A stretch of DNA of 64,000 bases from Deltaproteobacteria bacterium (lineage in GTDB: Bacteria > Desulfobacterota > Syntrophorhabdia > Syntrophorhabdales > JANXAF01): the NCBI GenBank assembly GCA_026417175.1, contig JAOADT010000004.1, positions 29,519-93,518 of the forward strand, given 5' to 3'. The position numbers and the translations under genes were made by a program. Shown piece after piece: positions 17,613-27,831 of this stretch (position 1 is the first letter of the stretch; every line of letters starts with the position of its first letter). The notes beneath the pieces were generated by a model. That model was not told the origin of the DNA, did no database searches, and saw only the letters and a program-made list of their open reading frames with translations.

Positions 17613-18514
17613 AGTTTCAGCGAAGCTCCTTTCAGTATCTCTTCCACTAGTTCTTCAAATGTTCCGCCCATATAACTCCATGCTTTTGGAACAAGGGAAG
17701 TTTCTGTCATTCCCGGAGACGTGTTCACATCTATCACATAAGGCGTATTACCCTTCACAATCATGTCAATCCTAACACATCCGGAAAGCTCGAAAGCCTC
17801 GTATATCTTTTTTGCCATCATACACGCTTTTGATTCCACATCCTCGGGTATTTCTGCTGGAATTAAATACTCAGTCATACCAGGTGTATACTTTGCTTCG
17901 TAGTCATAAAAACCCTTCTTTGGCTTTATGCTGATCGCAGGAAGGGTCCTTCCATTCACTATTCCAACTGTTATCTCATCTCCTTCGACATACTCTTCCA
18001 CAATAAGTTTTCTGTCATACATGAAAGCCCTTTGTTTTGCTTCCTCCACCTCGCTCAAATTCCGCACAATGGTCACGCCTATTGTGGACCCCTCATTTGC
18101 CGGTTTGAATACACACGGAATCGAAAAATCCATTAGAATCTCGCCTTTTTTATGTATCTGGTAACGAGGTGTAGGAATCTTCATAGCATCCAAAAGCATC
18201 TTCATTACAGCCTTATCCATAGATATAGATGAACCAAGGACTCCTGAGCCAGTGTAAGGTATACCCATAACTTCGAGTAAACCTTGAACTGTTCCGTCCT
18301 CTCCCCATCTTCCATGTAAAGCTATATATGCAACTTCTATCCCCTTTTCTTTGAGCTTTTCTGGAAGACGTTCATCTACCTCAATTTGTTCACTCATATA
18401 CCCTCTTCGGATTAGCGCCGCATGAACTGCCATCCCGCTTTTTATAGAAATTTCTTTTTCCGAAGATCTTCCACCCATTAGTACCCCGATCTTTCTCTTC
18501 TTTAGTTCAACCAT
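17609..18514 (-). CDS. ddl: D-alanine--D-alanine ligase
   Basis: IGVLMGGRSSEKEISIKSG, HGRWGEDGTVQGLLE and an ATP-grasp C-terminus. Confidence 0.95.
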   Translation of the reverse strand: MVELKKRKIGVLMGGRSSEKEISIKSGMAVHAALIRRGYMSEQIEVDERLPEKLKEKGIEVAYIALHGRWGEDGTVQGLLEVMGIPYTGSGVLGSSISMDKAVMKMLLDAMKIPTPRYQIHKKGEILMDFSIPCVFKPANEGSTIGVTIVRNLSEVEEAKQRAFMYDRKLIVEEYVEGDEITVGIVNGRTLPAISIKPKKGFYDYEAKYTPGMTEYLIPAEIPEDVESKACMMAKKIYEAFELSGCVRIDMIVKGNTPYVIDVNTSPGMTETSLVPKAWSYMGGTFEELVEEILKGASLKL

Positions 18515-19400
18515 CGAATCCCCAAAGTTCTACTTCCTCTTCCAGAATCACACCCTCTTTTTCGTAAACCTCTTTTTTTATTTTATCTATCAGTAACTTT
18601 ATGTCCTGGGCAGTAGCATTTCCTAGGTTCACAATGAAATTTGCGTGTTTTTCTGAAACACAAGCATCGCCAATCCTTAAACCTTTAAGACCAGACCGCT
18701 CTATGTACCTCCATGCGGGAACACCATTTACTGCTTTGAAAATCGAACCAGCTGACGGTAAATCTATTGGATGCCGTTTTTTTCTCTCATTAAGTACAAA
18801 CTCTATCTGCGACATAATCTCAGTTTTGGTTCTCGGAATCAGAGCCATTTCTACATCAAGGATGCACATATCAGATAGAAAAGGAGAACTCCTATATGAA
18901 AAATTGATACTCTCTCTCGATAATTTTTCTTTTTCAGCATCGCAGTTCAGGTAGGTCACGGAAAGAACCACATCTGAAATGGATACACCAAAACTCCCAG
19001 CGTTCATCTTTACAGCACCACCAAGGGTACCAGGGATAGAGTAAAGTTTTTCAAGACCGCTTAAGCCCAGATTTACTATCTTAAATATAAGGTTTTTTAG
19101 AGACCAACCAGCGGCAGCCCGGACTGTCACACCTTTCTGTACCTCTGATATTAAAAAACCCTTAAGTCTTGTTATTTTTATCACTGCCTCATCCAGTCCC
19201 TTGTCACTTACAATCACATTTGTTCCGTTTCCAAGCATCCTCCAGGGGATACCTTCAACTTTAAGTATCTTTATGACCTCGATCAAATCGTTTTCGTCTC
19301 TAGGATAAATTAGGTAGCGCACCGGACCACCTACTTTCATTGAAGTGTATCTACTCATTTTGGCTTTTGGGACCACTTTGCCTTTTATTTTCCACTCCAT
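18507..19400 (-). CDS. murB: UDP-N-acetylenolpyruvoylglucosamine reductase
   Basis: FAD-binding YTSMKVGGPVRYL, LGNGTNV, and C-terminal SAGSIFK. Confidence 0.93.
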   Translation of the reverse strand: MEWKIKGKVVPKAKMSRYTSMKVGGPVRYLIYPRDENDLIEVIKILKVEGIPWRMLGNGTNVIVSDKGLDEAVIKITRLKGFLISEVQKGVTVRAAAGWSLKNLIFKIVNLGLSGLEKLYSIPGTLGGAVKMNAGSFGVSISDVVLSVTYLNCDAEKEKLSRESINFSYRSSPFLSDMCILDVEMALIPRTKTEIMSQIEFVLNERKKRHPIDLPSAGSIFKAVNGVPAWRYIERSGLKGLRIGDACVSEKHANFIVNLGNATAQDIKLLIDKIKKEVYEKEGVILEEEVELWGFDG

Positions 19401-20776
19401 ATATCTTTCAACCTTTCAGCTACCTTATAGATGTCACCTGCTCCTAGGGTTACAACTATATCTCCATCTCTTGCATAAAGGAGTACCTTTTCACAAACCT
19501 CATCCAGATTTCTTGCGTATTCCACATGTTTATGGCCACTGGCCTTTATACTTTCGGAAAGTATCTCTCCTGACACACCTTCTATCTTTTGTTCTGATGC
19601 AGGATAAATTTCACTTACAATGAGAATGTCCGCATCGTTGAATGAAGTAACAAAATCGTACATGAGCGCCTTCGTTCTGGTATAACGATGAGGTTGAAAC
19701 GCAACGATTATTCGTCCATCCCATATTTGTTTGAGAGTTCCTATTGTAGCCCTTATCTCTGTTGGGTGATGGGCATAATCATCAATGAGCTTTATTTTTC
19801 CGTTCCATTTTATTTCCAGCCTTCTTTGAATTCCTTGAAAACTCGATAATGCCTCCTTTATGACCTCAAACGGTATTTCCAACTCCGCACAAGTGGCAAT
19901 TGCAGCAAGGCTATTTACCACGTTATGTATGCCAGGCATCGATAAAGTCACGTTACCCAGCAATTCCCCCCTGTAAATTACCTGAAAATTGGTGGAGAAC
20001 CCATTTTTTACAATATTGTCAGCCCTTACATCCGCTTGTTTTGACAAACCATAAGTTAGGTATCTTCGTTTAAGTGATGGAATGATGTTTTGCAAGTGTG
20101 GATTATCAATGCACACAACGTCAAGTCCAAAAAATGGCACCTTATTCAAAAATCTTAAGAAAGCATCTTTAATCTCTTCTATGTCTTTGTAATAGTCGAG
20201 ATGCTCCAGATCTATGTTTGTGGCAATAGCAATTATGGGAGATAATAGCAAAAAAGAACCGTCACTCTCATCTGCCTCTGCTACAAGAAACTTTCCAGTC
20301 CCTAACCTTGCGTTCGAATCTATACTTTTGAGTTTTCCGCCGATAACACAGGTCGGATCGTACCCGGCGGATGCGAGTATCGTAGAGATGAGAGATGTTG
20401 TAGTGGTTTTTCCATGAGCGCCTGCCACTGCTATTCCAAATTTCATCCTCATAAGTTCTGCAAGCATTTCGGCTCTTGGGATGACCGGTATAAACGAATC
20501 CTTGGCGTGAATCAACTCTGGATTATCATTTTTTATTGCTGAAGACACAACAACTACGTCCACCCCCTCCACGTTTTCTGGTCTGTGGGCGTAGCTTATC
20601 CTAGCTCCCAATTTTTCCAACCTCTCTGTGACATCGCTTTTCTTTACGTCCGAGCCAGAAACCGAATATCCCAGGTTAATTAAAACCTCTGCAATTCCAC
20701 TCATTCCAATGCCGCCTATTCCAACGAAGTGTATTCTTTTTACTTTATGGAATATGTATCCTTCGCTTCTAGTCAT
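19385..20776 (-). CDS. murC: UDP-N-acetylmuramate--L-alanine ligase
   Basis: IHFVGIGGIGMSGIAEVL and the Mur ligase P-loop GAHGKTTTTS. Confidence 0.95.
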   Translation of the reverse strand: MTRSEGYIFHKVKRIHFVGIGGIGMSGIAEVLINLGYSVSGSDVKKSDVTERLEKLGARISYAHRPENVEGVDVVVVSSAIKNDNPELIHAKDSFIPVIPRAEMLAELMRMKFGIAVAGAHGKTTTTSLISTILASAGYDPTCVIGGKLKSIDSNARLGTGKFLVAEADESDGSFLLLSPIIAIATNIDLEHLDYYKDIEEIKDAFLRFLNKVPFFGLDVVCIDNPHLQNIIPSLKRRYLTYGLSKQADVRADNIVKNGFSTNFQVIYRGELLGNVTLSMPGIHNVVNSLAAIATCAELEIPFEVIKEALSSFQGIQRRLEIKWNGKIKLIDDYAHHPTEIRATIGTLKQIWDGRIIVAFQPHRYTRTKALMYDFVTSFNDADILIVSEIYPASEQKIEGVSGEILSESIKASGHKHVEYARNLDEVCEKVLLYARDGDIVVTLGAGDIYKVAERLKDIWSGK

Positions 20777-21831
20777 ATATACCCCATGATCTCATTTGCG
20801 ATTCTCTCATCCGCATCTTCTACATAGAGCTTTCCCATATTTTCTCCCATTTCCTTAAGGAGATTTTCGTTTTTCATTAATCCTTCCAATTTGGAGTACA
20901 GGATTTTACCTGAAAGCTCGTTATCAGGTACCAAATATGCTCCCCCTATTTTTTCTACGTACAGAGCGTTCTTCCACTGGTGTTTTCCGGCAGAGTAAGG
21001 GTACGGAATAAGAATTGCCGGTTTTTTCATGAAAGCAAGTTCAAATATAGTGCTGGAACCAGCTCTTGAAATTACAAGATCTGAAATGCTGTAATATTTG
21101 GCCATATCTTCCGTGAACGGAAAGACTTCGCCCTTGATGTTAAATCTTTGGTAAGCTATTTTTACTCTCTCGTATTCTTCGTACCCAGTCTGATGATAAA
21201 TTCTGAGTTCTTTCAGCTGAGATACAAATGGCAGAAGCTCACAAATCGCTTTATTTATACTTTTTGCACCCCTACTCCCGCCAAACACAAACAATCCGAA
21301 CCCTTTTTTACCGTTTGACGGGAGCCTCGCTTTAATACTCTTCCTTATGGGGTTTCCAGTGTACGAGTAATTTTCTATTCTATGGATCTTTGCTGTCTCT
21401 TCAAAGCTTAAGAATATTTTTTTTGCAAATCTATGAAGGATCCTATTTGTAAGTCCAAGTATGAGATTTTGTTCGTGCAAAAAGGACGGAACATTCAATA
21501 ATACTGCTGAGAGTACGGCCGGAAAAGAGACAAAGCTCCCCATGCCAAGTACACAAATAGGTTTTTCCTCTCTGATTATCTGGATGCACTCAATTATTCC
21601 CTTGAGAATTTTTGTACTTGTTTTTAATTTGGTACTCAAATTCTTTCCCACAAATTGACCGCTGGAAATGGTAATCAGTTCAAAGCCGTACTTTGGGACT
21701 ATGTATTTTTCCATCCCTTCTTTTGTGCCCAAAAAAATGACTTCAACACTTCTTTCCCTCAATCTTTCTCCTACAGATATCGCTGGATATATGTGACCTC
21801 CTGTTCCACCTGCAGCAATAAGTACCTTCAT
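20773..21831 (-). CDS. murG: Undecaprenyl-PP-MurNAc-pentapeptide GlcNAc transferase
   Basis: AAGGTGGHIYPA N-terminus, GGSRGA, and dcw position. Confidence 0.94.
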   Translation of the reverse strand: MKVLIAAGGTGGHIYPAISVGERLRERSVEVIFLGTKEGMEKYIVPKYGFELITISSGQFVGKNLSTKLKTSTKILKGIIECIQIIREEKPICVLGMGSFVSFPAVLSAVLLNVPSFLHEQNLILGLTNRILHRFAKKIFLSFEETAKIHRIENYSYTGNPIRKSIKARLPSNGKKGFGLFVFGGSRGAKSINKAICELLPFVSQLKELRIYHQTGYEEYERVKIAYQRFNIKGEVFPFTEDMAKYYSISDLVISRAGSSTIFELAFMKKPAILIPYPYSAGKHQWKNALYVEKIGGAYLVPDNELSGKILYSKLEGLMKNENLLKEMGENMGKLYVEDADERIANEIMGYI

Positions 21832-22619
21832 CTGAGCTCCGATTCTTTCTTCATCATAAATCCAGATAAAAGAATGACAATTAGAGAGGCTAAATAAGGG
21901 ACTTTGAAAAGACCGAACCTAAAGGAGAACCCGATTGAAAGAATCACATCAAAAACTATACCGAGCATACCCACAAAAACTAACATTACTAAAGGGTTCT
22001 GTTTTTTATCTCTCACAAACTGTAAGAAACTGATTGTAAACAGCAAAAAAGAAGCTCCAATAAGAGTAAATTTTACTCTCCCACCTAATATGGGATGTAA
22101 ATCAAAAAATTTAAAATCCTGAACCCACATATATAAAATTGAAGCTACACACATAATTGAGAGACATATTAACTGCTTTGTCTTCATTATCACGTAAAGA
22201 TAGAGACATCCTGCAATGGAAATGGGAAGTATAAGAGGTAGATGACCTAAAAAGAAAAGATTCACACATGAGCTTAAGTATACAATCACCAATGGTATAC
22301 ATTCTTTAAGGATGCTTCCTTCTTTCTTGTTCGAAAAGGCAAGAAACATCAGAAAAGAAGACAGTGCGATAAACTCTATTACAGTATCCGCTATCTGAAC
22401 CTTAAGGAAACTAGGATAGCCAAAAGCTAAAAGACTCACAAATAAATTAAGTGCGATAACGGGATATCGTACTTTCTCAAGTATGCCCGCATGTACTTTG
22501 CTTACGAGTATTCCCAGTAATAACGCTAACATGATAGCCACTAAACTAAAAAATGAAATCTTAGAAAAGTACCCATAAATTAAAAGACAGCTTAAAACAA
22601 TCACAACTATTTTTTTCAT
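21828..22619 (-). CDS. Polytopic membrane protein occupying the FtsW slot of the dcw operon; no SEDS motifs recognisable
   Basis: 263 aa with roughly 8 hydrophobic segments. ATGA-coupled to murD upstream and murG downstream. Lacks QPSE, PDxGT, TDFIF and SYGGS-type SEDS motifs and is about 100 aa shorter than FtsW. Confidence 0.7.
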   Translation of the reverse strand: MKKIVVIVLSCLLIYGYFSKISFFSLVAIMLALLLGILVSKVHAGILEKVRYPVIALNLFVSLLAFGYPSFLKVQIADTVIEFIALSSFLMFLAFSNKKEGSILKECIPLVIVYLSSCVNLFFLGHLPLILPISIAGCLYLYVIMKTKQLICLSIMCVASILYMWVQDFKFFDLHPILGGRVKFTLIGASFLLFTISFLQFVRDKKQNPLVMLVFVGMLGIVFDVILSIGFSFRFGLFKVPYLASLIVILLSGFMMKKESELR

Positions 22620-23950
22620 AGCGCCATGACTATTTCTTTGAATCTGTTTCCCCTCTCTACGTAATCTCTGAACATGTCAAAGCTACTGCACATAGGGGAA
22701 AATAGGATCGTGTCTCCCGGTATTCCGATTTCGTAAGCTCTTTTTACTGCCGATTCAAGATCCTTTTCTATAAAAGACTCTATGAAATCACCGAGTTCCT
22801 CTATGATCCTTTCCTTGGCCTCACCAAAAACAACCATCGCCTTTATCTTTTCTTTTTCCTCAAGTATAGGCTTGTAACTTCCCATTTTGTCCTTGCCCCC
22901 GACAATGAGCACGACTGGTCCATTTACACTTTCTAAAGCCCTTTTTGTGGCATCCACGTTCGTCGCCTTTGAGTCATTTATAAAGACTACGCCGTTTAAC
23001 TCACGAACGAACTCAGTTCTATGGGGGAGTCCTCTGAATTTTTTTATACAGTCTTCTATTAACCCTTTCTCTATTCCAAAAAGACGGGCGACAAGTATAG
23101 AAGCCATAAGATTTTCCGTGTTATGGTTTCCAAAAAGCGGGGAGATTGACCTCGGATAAACTTCTTCAATCCCTCCAACATTTACCAATATCTTTTCTCC
23201 GTCAAAAAAAGCACCCTCATTTACTGGCTTTCTTGATGAGAAAATGAATTTTTTCGCTCTTAAGTTATTTTTTAATGTCACCTCGCTATTAATAACAGCA
23301 AAATCCTTTTCCGACTGATTTTCAAATATCCTCAACTTTGCGTCAACATACTCAGAAAAGTTCTTATACCGATCAAGATGATCTTCTGTGATATTAAGCA
23401 GAACCGCACAATTTGGTCGAAAAGTCTCGATAGTCTCCAGTTGAAAACTACTAACCTCTAAAACCAAAAACTTCGCCTTTTTCTTTTGCATGACATATTC
23501 GATAAGAGGGTTTCCTATGTTACCACCCACAAATACTTCTCCAAATGCTTCTTGAAACAACTTTCCAATGAGAGTAGTCACAGTTGTCTTTCCATTGGTT
23601 CCAGTCACAGCTATTATTGGATCTTCAACAAATCTTGATGCAAATTCAAGTTCTCCCGTTACCTTAACGCCCTTTTCTTGCGCCTCTAATACAAGATGGA
23701 AATTTGTATCAACGCCAGGGCTGAGTATTATCAAATCAGTGGAAAAGAAATCCTCTCTTCTGTGTCCACCAAAGTACGATTTAAAGTTAAGATCTCCGAG
23801 CTTTTCGAGTTGTGGTTTTAACTCATCCTCTTTTTTTATATCGGTAACAGTGACTTCCACACCCATCTCTCTTAAAAAACGCACAAGAGCCACCCCTGTT
23901 TTTCCTAATCCTACAACTAGAATTCTTTTTGGAAGATCCTCTTCTCTCAT
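22616..23950 (-). CDS. murD: UDP-N-acetylmuramoylalanine--D-glutamate ligase
   Basis: ILVVGLGKTGVA and GTNGKTTVT. Start placed at ATG 23950, which forms an ATGA overlap with the mraY stop; the ORF track extends to 24004. Confidence 0.93.
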   Translation of the reverse strand: MREEDLPKRILVVGLGKTGVALVRFLREMGVEVTVTDIKKEDELKPQLEKLGDLNFKSYFGGHRREDFFSTDLIILSPGVDTNFHLVLEAQEKGVKVTGELEFASRFVEDPIIAVTGTNGKTTVTTLIGKLFQEAFGEVFVGGNIGNPLIEYVMQKKKAKFLVLEVSSFQLETIETFRPNCAVLLNITEDHLDRYKNFSEYVDAKLRIFENQSEKDFAVINSEVTLKNNLRAKKFIFSSRKPVNEGAFFDGEKILVNVGGIEEVYPRSISPLFGNHNTENLMASILVARLFGIEKGLIEDCIKKFRGLPHRTEFVRELNGVVFINDSKATNVDATKRALESVNGPVVLIVGGKDKMGSYKPILEEKEKIKAMVVFGEAKERIIEELGDFIESFIEKDLESAVKRAYEIGIPGDTILFSPMCSSFDMFRDYVERGNRFKEIVMAL

Positions 23951-25023
23951 CTCAACTTTAAAGTACTCAATGCGATAAGTGCCAAGATAACTGAAATTAT
24001 CCAAAACCTGACAACTATCTTTTCTTCACTCCAACCCTTAAGTTCAAAATGATGGTGGATCGGGGCCATCTTAAAAATTCTCTTTTTCTTCCATTTATAG
24101 GATAAAACTTGAATTATAACTGAGAGCGTCTCAGCAACAAATATTCCACCCGTGATCACCAGGAGTATTTCCTGTTTGATTAGAATCGCGATAACCCCGA
24201 GAGCTGCTCCTAAAGAAAGTGAGCCTGTGTCTCCCATAAAAAGCTCCGCAGGGTATGCATTGTACCAGAGAAAACCTATTCCTGCTCCTAACATTGCACC
24301 ACATAGTATAGCCAGCTCCCCTGCTCCCCTCACGTAAAATATCTGTAAGTAATTTGCAAACTTCACATGTCCCACAAGATAAGCAAAAAGCATGAATGTT
24401 CCACAAACACTCAGGACCGGGCCTATTGCAAGACCATCCAAACCATCGGTTAGATTAACACTGTTTGAAGCACCAACAATGATAAAAACCGAAAGAAGGA
24501 TGTATAACAATCCTAGATCGGGAGTAAAATTCTTAAAGAATGGAACAGAAAGGGATGTGTTAAAATCCGTTCCAAAGTATATGTAAACACTTATTACAAT
24601 GGCTGATACCACCTGTAGTAAAAACTTTGTATTACCCTTTATTCCTTTTCCATTTTGGTTCTTTAGCTTTCTGAAATCATCGATGAATCCTATAAAACCG
24701 AAGAGTAAAAGTGCGACGATTACTATCCATACGTATTTGTTACCAAGATCTGCCCAAAGTAAAGTGGGAATGATCGTTGAAATGAGTATTACCGATCCCC
24801 CCATTGTAGGTGTATCTCTTTTTGAGTTGTGCCTTTCAGGAACATCTTCTCTCTTTCCGCTTTTGATTCGCCAGTGGTTGAATTTTTTTATAACGTAAGG
24901 CGTAAGGACAAAACTTATAAATAGAGCTGTCATTATCGAAAGAAAAGTCCTAAAGGTGATATAGCGAAATACGTTAAAAGCGGATATAGACTCATGAAGA
25001 CCATAAAGTAACTGATAAAGCAT
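23947..25023 (-). CDS. mraY: Phospho-N-acetylmuramoyl-pentapeptide transferase
   Basis: FRYITFRT, KRDTPTMGG, NSVNLTDGLDGLA and MGDTGSL. Start placed at ATG 25023 (ATGA overlap with the murF stop). Confidence 0.95.
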   Translation of the reverse strand: MLYQLLYGLHESISAFNVFRYITFRTFLSIMTALFISFVLTPYVIKKFNHWRIKSGKREDVPERHNSKRDTPTMGGSVILISTIIPTLLWADLGNKYVWIVIVALLLFGFIGFIDDFRKLKNQNGKGIKGNTKFLLQVVSAIVISVYIYFGTDFNTSLSVPFFKNFTPDLGLLYILLSVFIIVGASNSVNLTDGLDGLAIGPVLSVCGTFMLFAYLVGHVKFANYLQIFYVRGAGELAILCGAMLGAGIGFLWYNAYPAELFMGDTGSLSLGAALGVIAILIKQEILLVITGGIFVAETLSVIIQVLSYKWKKKRIFKMAPIHHHFELKGWSEEKIVVRFWIISVILALIALSTLKLR

Positions 25024-26378
25024 CACCCGATCTCCTTTACAAGCAAGTCTAGATTTAGCGATCTCGATCCTTTGATAAGCACACAATCTTTTTCTTCTAA
25101 AACGGACAAAAGACGATCTAGAAGCTCGCCCATATTTTCAAAGTACAATTTTTCACCTTTTTTTGTTTCTAGATAGGTATCCCGTATTTTTTCACCGAAA
25201 AAAAAGGCATAATGAAAGTCTATCTCATTTAGAGTCCTTCCGAGATCTCGATGGTAATAAACCGAATACTCCCCAAGCTCGTTCATGTCACCAAGAACGA
25301 GAATTTTTTTTCCTTCACAAGGAAGTTCACTAAAAGTCCTTAAGGCCTCATACATTGATGCAGGATTCGCGTTATAAGTGTCATCGAGGATCACGTAACC
25401 TTTTTCAGATTTCTTAGGGTTCATCCGCATTGGATAGGGACCAAATTCCTCCAAAGCTTCTACAATCTTGACCTTGGGAATTCCAAGTGTGTAAGCGATA
25501 GATGCAGCAATAAGGACGTTATAAAGATTATGTTTTCCCAGAAGTCTTACTTTTGCCCGAGACTCTTCTTTTCCAAGATTGATATTGACCTCGTATCCAT
25601 CCCATCCGTAAGATTTTTCTACACTAAGGGAAAAATCGGCAGGATTTTTTATACCAAAGTAACAAATTCTTTTTCTATCATCCCTGAACTCCCTGATAAG
25701 GTCCTCGTCTTTATTTACGAAAAGAATACCCCCTTCTTTCGTATATCGGTAAATATCTAGTTTCTCGTTAGCTACACCCGATATGCTCTTTAGACCTTCC
25801 AGATGGGAGGGTCTAACGTTGGTAATAACAGAAATATCTGGTTCTACCACTTGAGTTAACGTCTTTATCTCTCCGGGAGCGTTTGTCCCAAGTTCAAATA
25901 TTGCTACTTCTGGATTTGAATCTATTCCGACTAGGGATAAAGCTACCCCAAAAAGGTTGTTGTAGTTTTTTTCGTTGTATGCCACAGTTTTGCTTTTTTT
26001 GACTATGTGAACCAACACTTCTTTTGTAGTTGTTTTTCCACAACTTCCAGTTATTGCAACAAACGTTGAATTCATCAATTTTCTTTTGTAATAAGCTACA
26101 TCTGCCAATGCCATATTTGTGTCTTTTACAGCGATTATGGTTTTATCTAGATTGGAGGTAAGCTCTAACTTATTGAACTCGCATAGGGTTCCAGAACCGA
26201 AATTCTTCATGGCATGTTGGATAAAATCATGTCCATCATGTTTCTTTCCTTTTAAAGGGATAAAAAGCTCTCCCTCCTTTATTGTCCTCGAGTCAGTAGA
26301 TATTCCATTAAAAGTTTCGGCTTTAAGTTTTATGAGCTCCCCTTTGGTTGCTTTTAAAATGTCCTTATAATGCCACAC
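25023..26378 (-). CDS. murF: UDP-MurNAc-tripeptide--D-alanyl-D-alanine ligase
   Basis: ISTDSRTIKEGELFIPLKG and the P-loop GSCGKTTTK. Confidence 0.94.
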   Translation of the reverse strand: MWHYKDILKATKGELIKLKAETFNGISTDSRTIKEGELFIPLKGKKHDGHDFIQHAMKNFGSGTLCEFNKLELTSNLDKTIIAVKDTNMALADVAYYKRKLMNSTFVAITGSCGKTTTKEVLVHIVKKSKTVAYNEKNYNNLFGVALSLVGIDSNPEVAIFELGTNAPGEIKTLTQVVEPDISVITNVRPSHLEGLKSISGVANEKLDIYRYTKEGGILFVNKDEDLIREFRDDRKRICYFGIKNPADFSLSVEKSYGWDGYEVNINLGKEESRAKVRLLGKHNLYNVLIAASIAYTLGIPKVKIVEALEEFGPYPMRMNPKKSEKGYVILDDTYNANPASMYEALRTFSELPCEGKKILVLGDMNELGEYSVYYHRDLGRTLNEIDFHYAFFFGEKIRDTYLETKKGEKLYFENMGELLDRLLSVLEEKDCVLIKGSRSLNLDLLVKEIG

Positions 26379-27831
26379 TTAAAATTTCCTCCGCTACTTC
26401 CCTGTCATTAAAACGTATAATTTTTCCACCTATAATCTGGTAATCCTCATGCCCCTTCCCTGCAATTAGAAGTATATCGTCTGAGTTCATCATTTTTATG
26501 GCCTCATAAATAGCCTCTTTTCTATCAATTACCACTTTGTAATTTTCACCTACAATCCCCTTCTTTATCTCCTCTATTATCTGATTCGGATCCTCGCTTC
26601 TCGGATTATCGGATGTGATAATCGAAAAGTCCGCCAAAGTGCTCGCTATCCGGCCCATGACGGGTCTTTTTTGCCTATCCCTATCACCACCACATCCAAA
26701 GACGACCAAAAGCCTACCTCTTTTCAGATCTGACAAAACATTGAGGACATTTTTTAAAGCGTCAGGCGTATGTGCGTAATCTATAAATATTTGATATCCC
26801 TTTTGGTTTATTACCCTCTCGAGTCTTCCGGGTACACCATGAAAATTTTCTATCCCCTTTTTTATGAGGTCTGGTTCCATACCCATTATTTTACATGCTA
26901 AAGAGGCTGCAAGAATGTTATATATGTTAAAGTTTCCTATGAGCCTAGATTTCAATTTAATTTTTTCTCCAAAAAGTGAAAATTCTATCTCCATACCATC
27001 TATATTCTGGTTGTAGCGTACAAGTTTTGCATGGTATTCATTTGTAAATCCATAGTAAAAAATCTTTACATTCTTACTTTCTGGAATCATGTACGAGACA
27101 TTAGGATCATCCCCGTTGAGGATAGCTGTCTTTTCAGGCTTAGAGCTTTTCTCCAAATAATATTGAAACAGTAAAGCTTTAGCATTTCTATAAGCCGAAA
27201 ATTCACCGTGATAGTCTAAATGATCGTGTGAAAGATTAGTAAATATACAAATGTCAAAATTCACTCCTTCAACACGTTTCTGTTCAAGTGAATGGGATGA
27301 AACCTCCATTGTGAGATGAGTAACCCCCGCGTCTTTCATTTGTCTCAGAATTCTTTGAAGCTCTATGGCTCCCGGGGTAGTATTCTCAGCTTTTATTACA
27401 TACCCGTTGTAACGATAAAATATCGTTCCTATAATGGCCTGCTTTGTTCCTGCAGTCTGCAAAATCGAATCAATAAGAAAACATGTGGTAGTTTTCCCAT
27501 TTGTGCCTGTTATGCCCGTAATGAATATATCTTTTGATGGTTCCCCATAAAATGTAGAGGCGATCTGGCCCATAACTTTTTCAACATCAGGCACCTTTAC
27601 AACACAGGGAACAGAAGATAAGTCCTCATCAATATCAGTTATTACAACCTTTACACCTTTATTTTTCACTTCTTGAAGGTAAATCCTATTTTTTTTGGTC
27701 ATGAAAAAAAGATATCCATCGCTTACTTCTCGAGAGTCCTTACTTATGCCTTTCACTCTAACGTTGTCAGACCCTTTCATTTCTTTTATGTCAACATTCT
27801 TTAGAAGTTCTCTTAAGTTCATCTCTATCAT
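26365..27831 (-). CDS. murE: UDP-MurNAc-L-Ala-D-Glu--2,6-diaminopimelate ligase
   Basis: GTNGKTTT and GCGGDRDRQKRP. Start chosen at ATG 27831 (ATGA overlap with the upstream stop); the ORF track extends to 27855. Confidence 0.92.
   Translation of the reverse strand: MIEMNLRELLKNVDIKEMKGSDNVRVKGISKDSREVSDGYLFFMTKKNRIYLQEVKNKGVKVVITDIDEDLSSVPCVVKVPDVEKVMGQIASTFYGEPSKDIFITGITGTNGKTTTCFLIDSILQTAGTKQAIIGTIFYRYNGYVIKAENTTPGAIELQRILRQMKDAGVTHLTMEVSSHSLEQKRVEGVNFDICIFTNLSHDHLDYHGEFSAYRNAKALLFQYYLEKSSKPEKTAILNGDDPNVSYMIPESKNVKIFYYGFTNEYHAKLVRYNQNIDGMEIEFSLFGEKIKLKSRLIGNFNIYNILAASLACKIMGMEPDLIKKGIENFHGVPGRLERVINQKGYQIFIDYAHTPDALKNVLNVLSDLKRGRLLVVFGCGGDRDRQKRPVMGRIASTLADFSIITSDNPRSEDPNQIIEEIKKGIVGENYKVVIDRKEAIYEAIKMMNSDDILLIAGKGHEDYQIIGGKIIRFNDREVAEEILSVAL

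Noticed and set aside
23568-23978. A 136-aa plus-strand ORF antisense to murD. Similar cases occur at 39616..40005 (antisense to dxr), 32339..32740 (antisense to yjbQ/iscU) and 18601..18954 (antisense to murB).
   Set aside because: All are embedded in well-supported genes on the other strand. They have low-complexity Ser/Pro/Thr-rich translations and no independent support.
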